This document shows positions 48,761-60,967 of a stretch of 64,000 nt of DNA, one piece after another; position 1 is the first letter of the stretch, and every line of letters starts with the position of its first letter. The stretch is taken from positions 102,338,468 through 102,402,467 of the forward strand of contig NC_057712.1 of NCBI RefSeq assembly GCF_004010195.1, given 5' to 3'. The stretch is from Chiloscyllium plagiosum (lineage: Eukaryota). The translations under genes were made by a program, and so were the position numbers. The notes below the pieces were generated by a model. The model had not been told where the DNA came from and ran no database searches. It saw only the letters and a list, made by a program, of their open reading frames with translations.

Positions 48761-49859
48761 TTACCATTAATTTGCTTGCAAGACTTTTAGATTCATTTTT
48801 ATGTTTGTTATTAGTCTCTTTCCAAATCCATTTTTTTTTTGCTTATTCGATATTTCACTTCTTCTCTGAACCTCCTACGTTCAGCCTAGTTCTTCATTTT
48901 ATTGTCCATCTGACATCTGTCTGAAGAACACCTTTACTTCATTATCTGCGTCTCTAACGCTTTCGGTTCTGGATAAATTTTGCCCTTCCTTTCCCTTTCA
49001 CACATCCTGCGTGCACCCAAATGATCTATTCTCTCCAGGATGCCCAATAGCCACACATAATCTATCTGCTAACCTTTGATTCAAATGAATCTGGATCAGA
49101 TCCATTCTCATTCTAATGAGGTTGGTTTACACATATGATCCTGTCTCTGCCTCCACAGGTAGACATAAGAAAATTCTATTCCAAAGATATGGGGAATCAC
49201 AAACTGTGCAACCCATACTGATCCCTCAGTCGCTACCAGCAAAACAGATCGCTGTGGTTATTTAGCTCCTTAGTGTCTGTGCGACTTTGCAATACAACAT
49301 TTGGATGCAGCGTGACATGATATCGTAACATTGGCTGAAAAGCAACTGTCTTTTGCCTGATGAAGAAAAGCAATATGAATAGAAATTTCAATTCACCCCA
49401 TCTATCTCAAGCTTCCAAAAATACAACTCTATGTAAATGCGTCCTCCAAAATTACAGTTTGATTACTCTTAGCAAGGCAATCTGAGTAAAAAAGAAAAAT
49501 AAAGTTAGGATAGTCTTTCTTGTAAGCACAAAGGACTGTACCAAGGAGTTGAATTTATGACAAATATGAAGAGATCACTTGGATTAATTACTCTCTCTCT
49601 AAAATAGAAAATGTGGATATATGCAGATAAAAGCAAAAAAAAAAAGGAAAAATGAATGAAATAGATGATAACGAAGAACATGTGATTTTATTGACATCAA
49701 AGGCATATTGGGGTTTGGGGAAAGGGATAATTAAGGCCTGTATAGTCGATCATTTCTGTTAGAAGCAGATTTCACTGGATTCCCACTAACCTTGGCTCCA
49801 CTGTGACTAATGCTGACAGTTTTAACTTGAAGGTTTGTTTACATGACCAGTAAATAGTC

Positions 49860-50993
49860 AGCAAGATGGTGGCAGAGTAGGGCGGCCCACCCAGATCTCC
49901 CCTGCTCCATTTGTTCTTTTTCTGCTTTTCTCTTTTTAGCAGTCCCAGAACGGTGTGAGGGGTAACAGTCCCTGAGAAACACGAGAGGAGTGAGACCCAG
50001 AGCAGCGAGGGGGGAACCGTGTCCCAGAACGGTGTGTGGGGTAACAGTCCCTGAGTAACACCAGGGGAGTGAGACCCAGAGCAGAGAGAGGGGAACCGTG
50101 TCCCTGAACGGTGTGTGGGGTAACAGTCCCTGAGAAACACCAGGGATGTGAGACCCAGAGCAAGGAGAGGGGAACCGTGTCCCAGAACGGTGTGTGGGGT
50201 AACAGTCCCTGAGAAACACGAGGGGAGTGAGACCCAGAGCAGCGAGAGGGGAACCGTGTCCCTGAACGGTGTGTGGGGTAACAGTCCCTGAGAAACACGA
50301 GGGAAGTGAGACCCAGAGCAGCGAGAGGGGAACCGTGTCCCAGAGCAGTGTGTGGGGAAACAGTCCCTGAGTAACACGAGGGAAGTGAGACCCAGAGCAG
50401 CGAGAGGGGAACTGTGTCCCAGAACGGTGTGTGGGGTAACAGTCCCTGAGTAACACGAGGGGTGGGAGACCCAGAGCAGCGAGAGGAGAACCGTGTCCCA
50501 GAGCAGTGTGTGGGGAAACAGTCCCTGAGCAATGCAAGGGGAAGCAAGTCCTAGAGTAGTGTAACTGCCCTTGTTGCAGCTGAGTGCTGGTTTGGAGTGG
50601 TGTGGAGACTCAGAGCGAAGTGTGATAGTTGTTGGATGGGGGCCTGGTGCAGGCTGTCAGACCACATGCTCACTGAGCTGTCAGACCACATGCTCACTAA
50701 GCTGCTGCAATACCGCTGCAACGTAATATCAACCTGAAATTCTTTACCGAGCCGTCATGTCAATCCTTTAACTCTGTTATAACAATCTTATTTCTCAATT
50801 ATTTTTTAGACAGTGTAAGTAATGTTCCTACTTTTCCTTTCATTCCTCTTTTGTATCCAAGGTTTGTTCCTAGATACTTGTATCTAAGATGGTGCCATTA
50901 TAGGTAGCCATTGCAAAACCTTTTCACTGTACTCCTGTACTTCCACACCGGAGTCCACATGACAATAAAAGACTTTCTATTCTATTCTATTCA
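49860..50993 (+). mobile_element. Composite non-autonomous retroposon with an internal VNTR and a LINE-type 3' tail
   Basis: Starts agcaagatggtggcag; ends cttttcactgtac...cacatgacaataaaa..(ctatt)n; flanked by AGTAAATAGTC (49849-49859) and AGTAAGTAATC (50994-51004). Confidence 0.65.
49942..50530. repeat. 79-bp VNTR, about 7.5 copies
   Basis: Unit starts at 49942, 50021, 50100, 50179, 50258, 50337, 50416 and 50495. Confidence 0.95.
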
Positions 50994-51895
50994 AGTAAGT
51001 AATCTGTTGAAATCTAATCATTTATTTTCAGGAGAACAAGGCAGAACATATTCTTCAGAAAAGCATCCTTGTGGATAGAGTCAGTTAGCTGATAATTTTC
51101 AAGAAGTGACCAAATGACCAATTGTTTTTCGACCTTCGCTGCATTTATACAAAACCTGTTATTGCGGATTGGGTGAAACATTAGCAGCTGATTCACATCC
51201 AAATAGAAAAAAATGTTCATGCGTTTATCCCTCCAAATTTCTGAAATTAATTTTAAGTTGAATTGATTATTTAAATCTTATGGATAATTTTCTACTGATA
51301 TTTTCGATTGAACTTTGCTGTGATTGACACAGCAGTCACCTCACATAGGTACCCAGAGACTTCTCTCTGAGTCGTCTGCAAAGCTTCTTCATTGTTGAGG
51401 ATGTGACCCAGTGTAACATCCTCTGTAGGGGAACTGTAATAACCATGAGCAGTGCAACAAGCAAAGACGCTCTTCAACCAACCCAAATGGAGAACCGTGC
51501 AGATGTTCAACTAAACAGAACCCAACGTGGCAATTAGCAAATCACTTGCACAGTGGGAACAGGAAAGGTACTGTGCAGATCTGAACTAAATAAAAGTCAA
51601 ACTTTATTTTTTTCAAAAGTTCTTAACATACAGAATTACTTTTTCTGATCTAGACAGGTAGTTCAACCGTAATGATCATATAATATGCATTCGAGAACTA
51701 AGTCATAGCTGATTGCATTAGCTCAGATCTTTACCCCTGGCTTTAACATGATTACTGATTCCAAATTCACACCATTATTGTGATTTCAGTGCAGATCACA
51801 TTGGCAAACCCTTCAGCACTCTTGTGAAGGTACAGAGTACAGCTGAGAGCAACTTCTGGATTGAACTATGCACTTGCAGGCAGCAGATGTTACTG

Positions 51896-52027
51896 ATTCC
51901 TGATGAAGGGCTTTTGCCCGAAACATCAATTCTCCTGTTCCTCGGAGGCTGCCTGACCTGCCGTGCATTTCCAGCACCACTCTAATCTAGACTCTGGTTT
52001 CCAGCATCGGCAGTCCTTGTTTTTACC
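51896..52027 (+). mobile_element. PLE-derived short element beginning at a hammerhead motif (51896-51931)
   Basis: attc-ctgatga-a-gggc-tttt-gccc-gaaa-c-atc-aatt, then the family tail ...ccagcatcggcagtccttgtttttacc. Confidence 0.8.
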
Positions 52028-52649
52028 ATATTTATAAACGTAACCTAGGCTAAAACATCTGTGCAATAGTGAAGTTGCACTGCACTGTTGACAGTGTTGT
52101 CTTTCTAACAGTAACCTGTCAACACGTATAAGATCAAATTGATATCAGATTGAATTGCATTATTCAAAGTGCCCTGATAAACATTCTTTTGTCAGTTTGT
52201 CCGATAAACAAATCATTTGGCTTTCCTATCATTTATTGTTGGGGCCTTATGCATAAATTGTCTGTCACATTTATGTACATAACAACAGTAGGTACAATTC
52301 AACAATAATCTATCGGCTGCAAACTTCTTTCGGGCCTCCTGAAAGTGTGATAAGTGGCTATATAAATGCAGCCCTTTCTCTTTAGAAATGTTTTTGGCTT
52401 GACGTCCAAAACAACCACCTGAACATTTTTCAACAGACTTCCACGTCTGCTGTGGTATCAAGGAACACACTCCCAACCTATTCTGGGTGGTAAACAGCTA
52501 CTGAATCTTTAATTCCCCACAGAGATACATTCATTTGACTAGCTTGGATGGGAGTGTTAAGTTTCTGAACTGAAGGAGGGAAAATTTTCAACTAATTAGG
52601 GTTGGTGAGATTGGTAGAAATATAGTAAGGTAAATGTGTCCTAGATTTT

Positions 52650-53065
52650 AGCATTAACGGAAAATAAACTTATATCGCACATTACAATTTTTCAGGCCGT
52701 GCTAAGTGCTTCGTAGCCAATGAACTATTTTGGAAACTCTGTCACAGTTGTCCTCTAAGAAACATGGCAGTTAGTTAGCTCACAGCAACTCCTACCAAAG
52801 TAATTAGGCAGATAATCTGTTTCAGTGATACTGGTTCAGGAATATCAGCCAACTCTGAAATCATATCATAAATCTTTTACCTCCACCTGATAAAGCAGTC
52901 GTCACTTCCAACTTAACATTTCGCATGAAAGACAGTACCCCCAACAGTTCTGTACACGTGCCCCCCGCACTGAAGTGTCAGTGTAGATTATGCATTTGAA
53001 TTTCTGGGAATGGATTTAAAATCACAACACCTGACTGAGAAGTGAGACGGCTGCTGCTGAGCCCA
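52650..53065 (-). mobile_element. Ancient DeuSINE-like (SacSINE/AmnSINE-type) remnant
   Basis: Reverse tRNA-like head (ggctcagcagc...ctcagtcagg...) followed by the gacacttcagtgc...gtctttc core; similar remnants near 44240, 58750, 59520 and 62540. Confidence 0.45.
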
Positions 53066-53739
53066 GGGAGCTAAATAAAGTCAAAGACAGTACTTCTATC
53101 AACAGCAGATTTGTCCCATAAATGCGCTGACACAAAGCACCGTGTAAACAAGGTATTTGTTTAGCTTTGGCATGTGGCAGGCAATTGGAAACTTACCTAC
53201 TCAAAGAGTAGGAATGAGGTTGAATCAGGTTCGTCACCTCATTTACACTTGGACTGATTTTATTTACTTCAATAGAATGTAAAATGGAGCTGAGCTGAGA
53301 ATGGTCCATTGACAGAACCTCTCCTGTTCCCATTATGTAAGTGACTTGCTAATTGCCATGTTGGGTTCAGTAAACTGACCATAAAGCCTTATTGCCCCAT
53401 GGATGTCATTAAGATTCAGGCTCTGATATCCTTGGGGATTTTCCCAATCTCCTGCCATAACTCCTACTATGTAATGAGGAAAGATTAGAAGAGTTTAGGC
53501 TCTGCAGTCTGGAACAAAATCATTAAGGAGGACCTAACTGAGATTTATATATAAATTAAATGGTATAAATAAGATAAAGCCAGGCCTTGTATTTCACTGT
53601 GTAATATTAATAAATAACTCACTGCCTCATATGAAACTCCTTTGCTATTTTAACAGAGGCATTCATGCACAATATTACTTCAAAGCAAATTCAGAAAGTA
53701 AGGCCAGATGGCATAACTTTCAATTCCCAAATCATGAAT

Positions 53740-54060
53740 TTAGAATGAATATTAGGAATACAAAACCTTAGATGAACGGGCAGGAGTAGACCAAATGGCC
53801 CCTGGAGCCTTTCCCATGATTCAATACATTCGTGGCTGATCTTAGGTATCAACCCCACTGTCCTAACCACCCGCCATACCCCTCCCTTTTCTGTGGGAAA
53901 TAAACCTTTCATCTTGACTGTACATCTGTGGTAGACAATGCCAAAGATTCAAAATCCTGTGAGAAAAGCAAGCTCTCCGTATCTCAGTCCTAAACGGTCA
54001 TCTCTGTATCCTGAGATTATGTCCCTCTGTTCTTAATTCCCAGCCAGCGGTAAGTTACTA
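53740..54060 (-). mobile_element. Old CR1 3' fragment
   Basis: Reverse CR1 tail (caggagtagacca...catgattcaat...ggctgatc). Confidence 0.6.
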
Positions 54061-54198
54061 ACCTCAAAGCCTCACCTAATTGTTCATTAAACCCTATTCC
54101 TTCCCCAGTTCCTTCCCAATTTCCAACGTTATTAACCAAAAATATTTTCTTCAAATTATTGGCTAAAATAATTGACAAAAAGCAATCTCGTTTAACTC

Positions 54199-54620
54199 AA
54201 TAGAGTCATAGAATCATAAACAGACCCTTCCGTTCATGCTGACCAGATATCCCAACCAAATCTAGTCCCATTTGCCAGCACTTGGCCCATGTCCCTCTAA
54301 ACCCTTCCTATTCGTATACCCATCCAGATGCCTTTTAAATGCTGTAATTGTCTTCACCTCCACCACTCCCTCTGGCAGCTCATTCCATACACACTCCATT
54401 CTCTGCATGGAAAAGTTGCTCCTTAGGCCTTTTTTAAATCTTTCCCCTCTCACTCTAAACCCCTCTAGTTCTGGACTCCTCCAACCCAGGGAAAGGACCT
54501 TGTCTATTTACCCTATCCATGCTCCTCATGATTTTCTAAACCTCTACAAGGTTACCCTTCAGCCTCCGACGCTCCATGGAAAATAGCCGCAGCCTATTCA
54601 GCCTCTATCTATATCTCAAA
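54199..54620 (-). mobile_element. CR1 3' fragment
   Basis: GERFKKGLRSNF..WNELPEGVVE..FKRHLD; tail reads atagagtcatagaatcata on plus. Confidence 0.9.
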
Positions 54621-55034
54621 CAATGTATTTACATACCCACCATCTCAATGTCCATTGCTGACAGATTCAGGTCCTGTGTAGATTTCACCATTCGCCCTGA
54701 TCTGGTCATTTCAGATGGTAAAAGGTGATGATGGTCTGAAGGCTAGCCTGGAATCACAACTTTCACAAGTGGAAATGAAGTGAGTAGGATTGCGAACAGC
54801 TTTCCAAAGCTTGTAATACTGATAGGACTAGTTGCCAGCACGAGGTCACATGTGGATTAAGGCAGGTGTGTGCTCATTAAAGACTCTCACTTCCACTCCA
54901 ATGGATGCTGTTTAGTTTTGTCTCTTTCATGAGACTTACTATTGAGAAAACGTCTGACAACAAAGTACGAGGAACATCAGTATTCAACTTCAATAACAGT
55001 ATGATGTTGTCAGGGTCTTGTGCTGTGTTCTCAC

Positions 55035-55327
55035 ATAGAATCCCTATAGTGTGGAAGCAGGCCATTCAGCCCTTCAAGTCCACACTGACCCCCCAAAAGC
55101 GTACCTTACCCAGACCCATTCCCTTATCCTTATAATCCAGCCCACACATCCCTGGACACTATGGGTAATTTATCATGGACTATCCACCTAACCTGCACAT
55201 CTTTGGGCTGTGGGAGGAAACCCACACAGACATGGAGAAATGTGCAAGCTCCAAATAGACAGTTGCCCAAGGCTGGAATCTAACCTGGTTCCTGGCGCGT
55301 GAGGCAGCAGCACGAACCACTGAGTCA
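55035..55327 (-). mobile_element. HE1/V-SINE-type SINE (diverged)
   Basis: Homologous to 38921-39222. Confidence 0.85.
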
Positions 55328-56312
55328 TAGGATGAAGCAAGGATTAAACCAATGGGATGATAGAAAGTAGGAATTCACTTATTCAATATACTCGAGTATC
55401 ATGATTGAGACTGTGAATAATTGATGAAAATCTCATCAGAGATTGCTGGCTACACTGAAACGGTTGGGCCTAGCTCACTACCCTGAGGAACTCCTGCAGA
55501 GGTGCCCTGGAGCTGGGATGCATGGTCTTCCAGCAATCACAACCATCTTCTTTTATAGCAGGCATGACTCCAACTTCCGGAGAGTTTTCCCTTGATTCCC
55601 ATTGACTCCTGTTTGGCGAGGCCTCCTTGACGTTACACTCAGTCAAATGTGGATGTTAAAGTGGATACTTCCGTAGGGCTGCCTTTGGCAATTGAGCAGT
55701 TGCTTGGAGATGCTTGGTTTGACAGTTAACTGAAAGGCATTTGTCCAGTTCCTTTCAACAGTGCAATGGTTGACTTCTGTTTTCTGCAATCTGGGAGACT
55801 TTATTTATTTTTACCTGCACACATAGAACTGCATTACAGAAGGTCTCAGCTGTGCCCCTTCACAGCAGACTATTGTACAGTGGAACTTGAACCACAGGCT
55901 AGACACTGGCATGCCAGGACATTTGTTGAAAACATCATGATCAAAGACGTTTCAGGATATTTGGAATATTAGAATAATAAACATATCACATGGTGGAAAT
56001 AATGCATGCCTAAGAGAAGGATTCTCACTGAGGATGGTACGTGTAGCCTAGCCAACCTATAAGCTTGGAACTGTATAGAATCATCCCTGGTGTTGCACTT
56101 TTCACCCAGCCTGGTTCATACTCGGAATGGCCTGCTCTAAATCTGATCTTGATCAAATGGAATAAATCAGGCAGAGTTATCTTCTCAAAACATGGAAGAG
56201 AGAGCATGAAAACTGGATTTGGTTTAGAAAATACCTCATAACTGTTTGGAGATACTCTCATTTTATTAGTCAAAGCAGTGAGCTGTCAGCCTTGGCTCAC
56301 TGATAGTTCCGG

Positions 56313-56692
56313 GATAAAGTGAGGACTGCAGATGCTGGAGATCACAGTCGAGAGTCTGGTGCTGGAAAAGCACAGCAGGTCTGGCAGCATCTGAGGAGCA
56401 GGAGAGTCAATGTTCCGGGCATAAGTCCTTCATCAGGAATTGAGAGGACTTCGGGAGTACAGTGACAGAGGGACTCATGAGATTCTTGCAGAGAGAGGAG
56501 GAGAACTTCTTTAAGGTAGGCATCCTTGGAAGACGCTTCGCAGTAAGGTTGAAATCAACTAAGAAAGAGTGAGGACTGCAGATGCTGGAGGTCAGAGTCA
56601 AGAGTGTGGGGTGCTGGAAAAGTACAGCCGGTCAGGCAGCATCAGAGGAGCAGGAGAATCGAAGTTTCAGGCACAAGCCCTTCATCAGGAAT
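56313..56692 (-). mobile_element. Tandem pair of hammerhead-bearing PLE terminal repeats separated by a ~125-bp spacer
   Basis: Direct repeats 56313-56440 and ~56565-56692; on the minus strand each begins attc-ctgatga-... Confidence 0.85.
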
Positions 56693-56697
56693 CGAGA

Positions 56698-57104
56698 ATT
56701 TCCCTGGAGCATCAGAGGCTGAGGGGTGACCTTATAGAGGCTTACAAAATTATGAGGGGCATGGATAGGGTAAATCGGCAAAGTCTTTTCCCTGGGGTCA
56801 GGGAGTCCAGAACTAGAGGGCATAGGTTTAGGGTGAGAGGGGAAAGATATAAAAGAGACCTACGAGGCAACTTTTTCACACAGAGGATGGTACGTGTAGG
56901 GAATGAGCTGCCAGAGGATGTGGTGGAGACTGGTACAATTGCAACATTTAAGAGGCATTTGGATGGGTATATGAATAGGAAGGGTGTGGAGGGATATGGG
57001 TCGGTGGCTGGCAGGTGGGACTAGATTGGGTTGGGATATCTGGTTGGCATGGACGGGTTGAACTGAAGGGTCTGTTTCCGTGCTGTACGTCTCTATGACT
57101 CTCT
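56698..57104 (+). mobile_element. CR1 3' fragment with tail
   Basis: LEHQRLRGDLIEAYKIMRG..FFTQRMV..FKRHLD; ends ctctatgactct. Confidence 0.93.
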
Positions 57105-58969
57105 AAGTTCAAATTCATCACAACCCGACCTTCACTTTGCTCGGGCGCAGTACCGTCAGTAGCCACTGACTTTGCTGGTGCCACCTGTACACTGAAAGCT
57201 CCCAGCCCCTGAATAACCAGTCGATGGGCCTTGTTGTTCCTGAGTGATAGGATTTTTGTCTCCAGCCTATTACTTGGCTGTACAATGACTGTAGGGTAAC
57301 TGTCCTTTGCCTATGTGGATTCTACTACTGACATTTTTGCCAGGAGGAGAGAACCACCTGCTTTGCATACAGTTCAGCCAAAGAGTCACTAGCTATAAAT
57401 TAACTTGTACATTTTTGTGGTTTATGAAAAATAATAATAAAACTGTTTTGAGGATACTCCAAAACCTTACCGTGCTTTCTGTTAGATTGGCTGTCTCACT
57501 GTGAAACGAAGAGTTACAGGCAGATATGAGGATAGCAAAACATGACACAGTAAGGGCCTCTAGTGCCAGCAGCAGACAGCATTTTTGGTCTGGAAGTCTG
57601 ATAAGTTTGGACGGTGTCCTATTTTAGGTTCAAATTAAATCAAGCAGAACTGTTTGCCTACATGAAGCATCCTTGGAATTAAGTGACACGTGGCTCGGAC
57701 ACATGCTGCCGATGTCAGGCATGAAGAACTGCACATCCTACAAAATGTATCAGTTAGTCAACACATACCAGAATCAACCACTTGTTGATCCTTAACATTT
57801 CGCCATTAAGTTCTCCAAACTTTTAGAAATATGCAGTTTTTCCTTACCTTTTATAATGGGATACATCTTTCTGCAGGAGAGGAACAGTTATCCCCTTAGC
57901 TATGCACAGAACATTGCTACTCAATTCAGAACTGGGGAATGGTGAATTAGAGGTTCATTTTACATCTTTTCTGATTTTTGATTTCAGCAGAATTAAACGT
58001 TAGAGAAAGTTGGCAGCGGACTTGCTTCACCCATTTGAAACAAATAAAGTTAAAATCATGCCCAGAGTCTTCTGTTGTTGTTGGGGTGGGCAGTGGGGAG
58101 GTATTGGAGTTATCTACTTCAGGATGTTATTGGATTACATCAGCTATCCCTGTGGTGCCTGAAATAGACAAGGTCCACGCCAATTTTCTTTCTTTGAAAA
58201 AGAACAAGTTTGTAACTTTGGAACCATGCCAGCTTTGCCAAATTTTATTGATTTCTCTCAGTTCATAAATTTAAATATTGCTGGGAAAAGTCAATCATCA
58301 TAAGAGAAACTAAAAAATGAACTGCTTCATATGAAATCACCTTTAATGAATAGGGACTTTAATATGAATTTGAACTTTTTGCCAATGAAGGAAGCTGTTC
58401 AAGATTAACACTGTGCTGAAGCTCCAGTGTACATTAATGTAACTCTATATATGGATAGGGATTCATACATGATACCTGATGCTTCTGAATGGGCATGCAG
58501 AAAGGGAGTTCTTGAGGTCATTCATGTATAACATGTTTTGCAAGTTGTACTCAGAAATATATAGTGTTCTGTTTTAATAAATCTCAGTTGCTTTTATGGC
58601 AGTGAAAAAGTCTCTGTAGCAAAGAATAATTTTAAATGGATATTATGTACAGATAGGGGCAGAAGTCTGTAAGGCAATATCATATATGGTTAGGCTATGG
58701 GAACCAGGCACCTTTTTTTTAACAGAAGAAATAACCTGCATTATATATCATAAGGACATCCCCAAAGCACATCACATTTTCCTTTGAAACATAATCATGG
58801 ATCTATGTACATGAAGCAGCCAATGTGCACATTGCTAGGTCCCACATGTAGTATCAAGATAAATTGCCAGATAAATTTTTAATGGGATTGTTTGAGGGAT
58901 TAGTATTGGTCTGGGCATGAGGAGAATACTGCTTGCTCATCTTTTGTATTTTCCTGCAAGGTTAGACAG

Positions 58970-59490
58970 AATGTCATAAAGTCATACAGTCATGCAGCGT
59001 GGAAACAGACCCTTCGGACCAACCAGTCCATTCCAACCAAAGTCCCAAACTAAACTAGTCCCACCCACCTGCGCTTGGCTCATATCCCTCCAAATCTTTT
59101 CTATTCATGTACTTATCCAAATGCCTTTTAAATGTAACTGTACTTGCATCCACCACTTCCTTTGGAAGTTCATTCACACATGAACCACACTCTGTGTAGA
59201 AAAGTTGCCCCTCATGTCTTTTTTAAAAATCTTTATCTTCTCACCATAAAAATATGCCCTGTAGTCTTAAAATCCCCATCCCTAGGGAAAAGATGCCTGC
59301 CATTCACCTTATCTATTCCCCTCATGATATTATAAACTTCACTGAGGTCACCCCTCAACCTCCGACACTTCAGTGAAAGAGGTGCCAGCCTATCCAGCCT
59401 CTCCTTATAACTCAAATCCTCCATTTCCAGCAACACCCTGGTCAATCTTTTTTGAACCCTCGCCAGCATAATAACAACCTTCCTTAACAG
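58970..59490 (-). mobile_element. CR1 3' fragment
   Basis: LARVQKRLTR..LSYKERLDRL..RLRGDL. Confidence 0.88.
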
Positions 59491-59636
59491 TGCAACAGAA
59501 CTGGTAAATACCACAGGCAGCATCTTTACAATTGCAGAAGTCCTTCAGGGTTGCACTGAAGTGTGAGCCTGGATTAGGTTCTCAGTTGTCTCGGGTCAGG
59601 CCTCAAGCTTATGCAGTGAGAGTGTGGTGCTGGAGA

Positions 59637-59815
59637 ATCCTCCAACCCTGGCAACATCCTTGTAAATCTTTTCTGTACCCTTTCAAATTTCACAACATCT
59701 TTCCGACAGGAAGGAGACCAGAATTGCATGCAATATTCCAACAGTGGCCTAACCAATGTCCTGTACAGCCGCAACATGACCTCCCAACTCCTCTACTCAA
59801 TACTCTGACCAATAA
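59637..59815 (-). mobile_element. Internal CR1 RT fragment
   Basis: LYRTLVRPLLEYCMQFWSP..VQKRFTRMLPGL. Confidence 0.9.
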
Positions 59816-60798
59816 GTTTGTGGAGACCCAGTGAGCTGGGGTTGGTGAAGGAGGTGAGGGTCAGGACCATGGAGGATGGGTGTTCTGGACGGGTTCTACA
59901 ATAGGACCAGTGAGCCAGTTAAGGAGAGATCTCACCACCGTGTAATTGTGATAGGGGCTGGGCCGGGCAGACAGATGGCAAGAAAACTGCCTGCTGGAGT
60001 TAGTCTGTTCCTCTACATTTAATTCAGTCCTGTAGGCAGATTCTTGCGGAGATGCCGGCGGTCTTGATCAGTGGCTGCAGAGCTGATGAGAACCGCTTGT
60101 AATCATTTTTTCAATAGGACCCATCACATTTTGTACCACTCAGACAGTTAACAGGTCTGTGATAGGCCTTACCCAGGGACCAAGTACCCCGGGGCAGATA
60201 CATCACCTGCCAAGAGTTGCCAATCCATATGAGGTCTGCAGCTCCTCTGAATCCAGCACAGGATAGCAGTGTCTGCTGCTGTTAATGTACCCACCCAAGG
60301 CCTAAGATTGAAGAGAGGCCCACGCATTGGTGGTGGCAGTAATGAAATCACAAGATGGTGGGCCATAAGGGACAGTGAACGTGAAGGTGTTGGCTATTGG
60401 CAAAACTCCATACCCACCCATTAATGGCGGATCTGTTGATAGGACATGGAGTGCCTTTGAAAGAGAGGATCACCAATGGAAGGTATATTTGTTGTGGTCC
60501 CTGCATTACCAAGCCCCTCCTCTGGTTTAACCAAATTACCACTGAAGGACATTAACTGGGTGTTTGGATCACCCATGAGCACTCCCACCAATCTTAATTG
60601 GGATGAAGATGGAATTTTGCAGGGTTCCCACCAACCACTGTCCTGCCCTGCCCTGATTACATACACCTCAACCACTTGTCCTGCCACAAGATGTCAGCAT
60701 CTGTCTTCTCAGAACTGGCTTCACTATTAGTTAGTTCATGGCTGGTTCGCTTTGTTGAGGTAGCAAGTTTCATTTCTGATTATCCTTTGCCTGACTGT

Positions 60799-60967
60799 GG
60801 CAGCATCAGGAGGTGGAAGAGTCAATGTTTTGGGTGTAACCCTTCTTCAGAATTAGAGGGTTACACCGGAAACGTTGACTTCTCCACCTCCTAGTGCTGC
60901 CTGTCTGGCAGTGTTCTTCCAGCCCCCTGCTTGTCTACCTTGGATTCCAGCATCTGCAGTTTTTTTG
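60799..60967. mobile_element. Inverted PLE-derived mini-element, another family (stem II gggt-tac-accc)
   Basis: Minus ctgaaga-agggttacaccc-aaaa-catt at 60821-60853 abuts plus agggttacaccg-gaaa-cgtt; tail ccagcatctgcagtttt. Confidence 0.75.

Noticed and set aside
30395-50530. CRISPR-like arrays (15-bp and 79-bp repeats)
   Set aside because: Head-to-tail tandem repeats without unique spacers, no cas genes, eukaryotic context.
49772-50547. Three ~200-aa minus-strand ORFs
   Set aside because: All three frames are open because the 79-bp unit lacks stops; the period is not a multiple of 3.
56569-57024. 151-aa ORF as a chimeric gene
   Set aside because: Chance read-through from an antisense PLE repeat into a CR1 RT C-terminal fragment; non-ATG start.
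59830-60730. GC-richer stretch as an exon or DNA transposon
   Set aside because: No recognisable protein motif, TIR pair or TSD could be established by eye.
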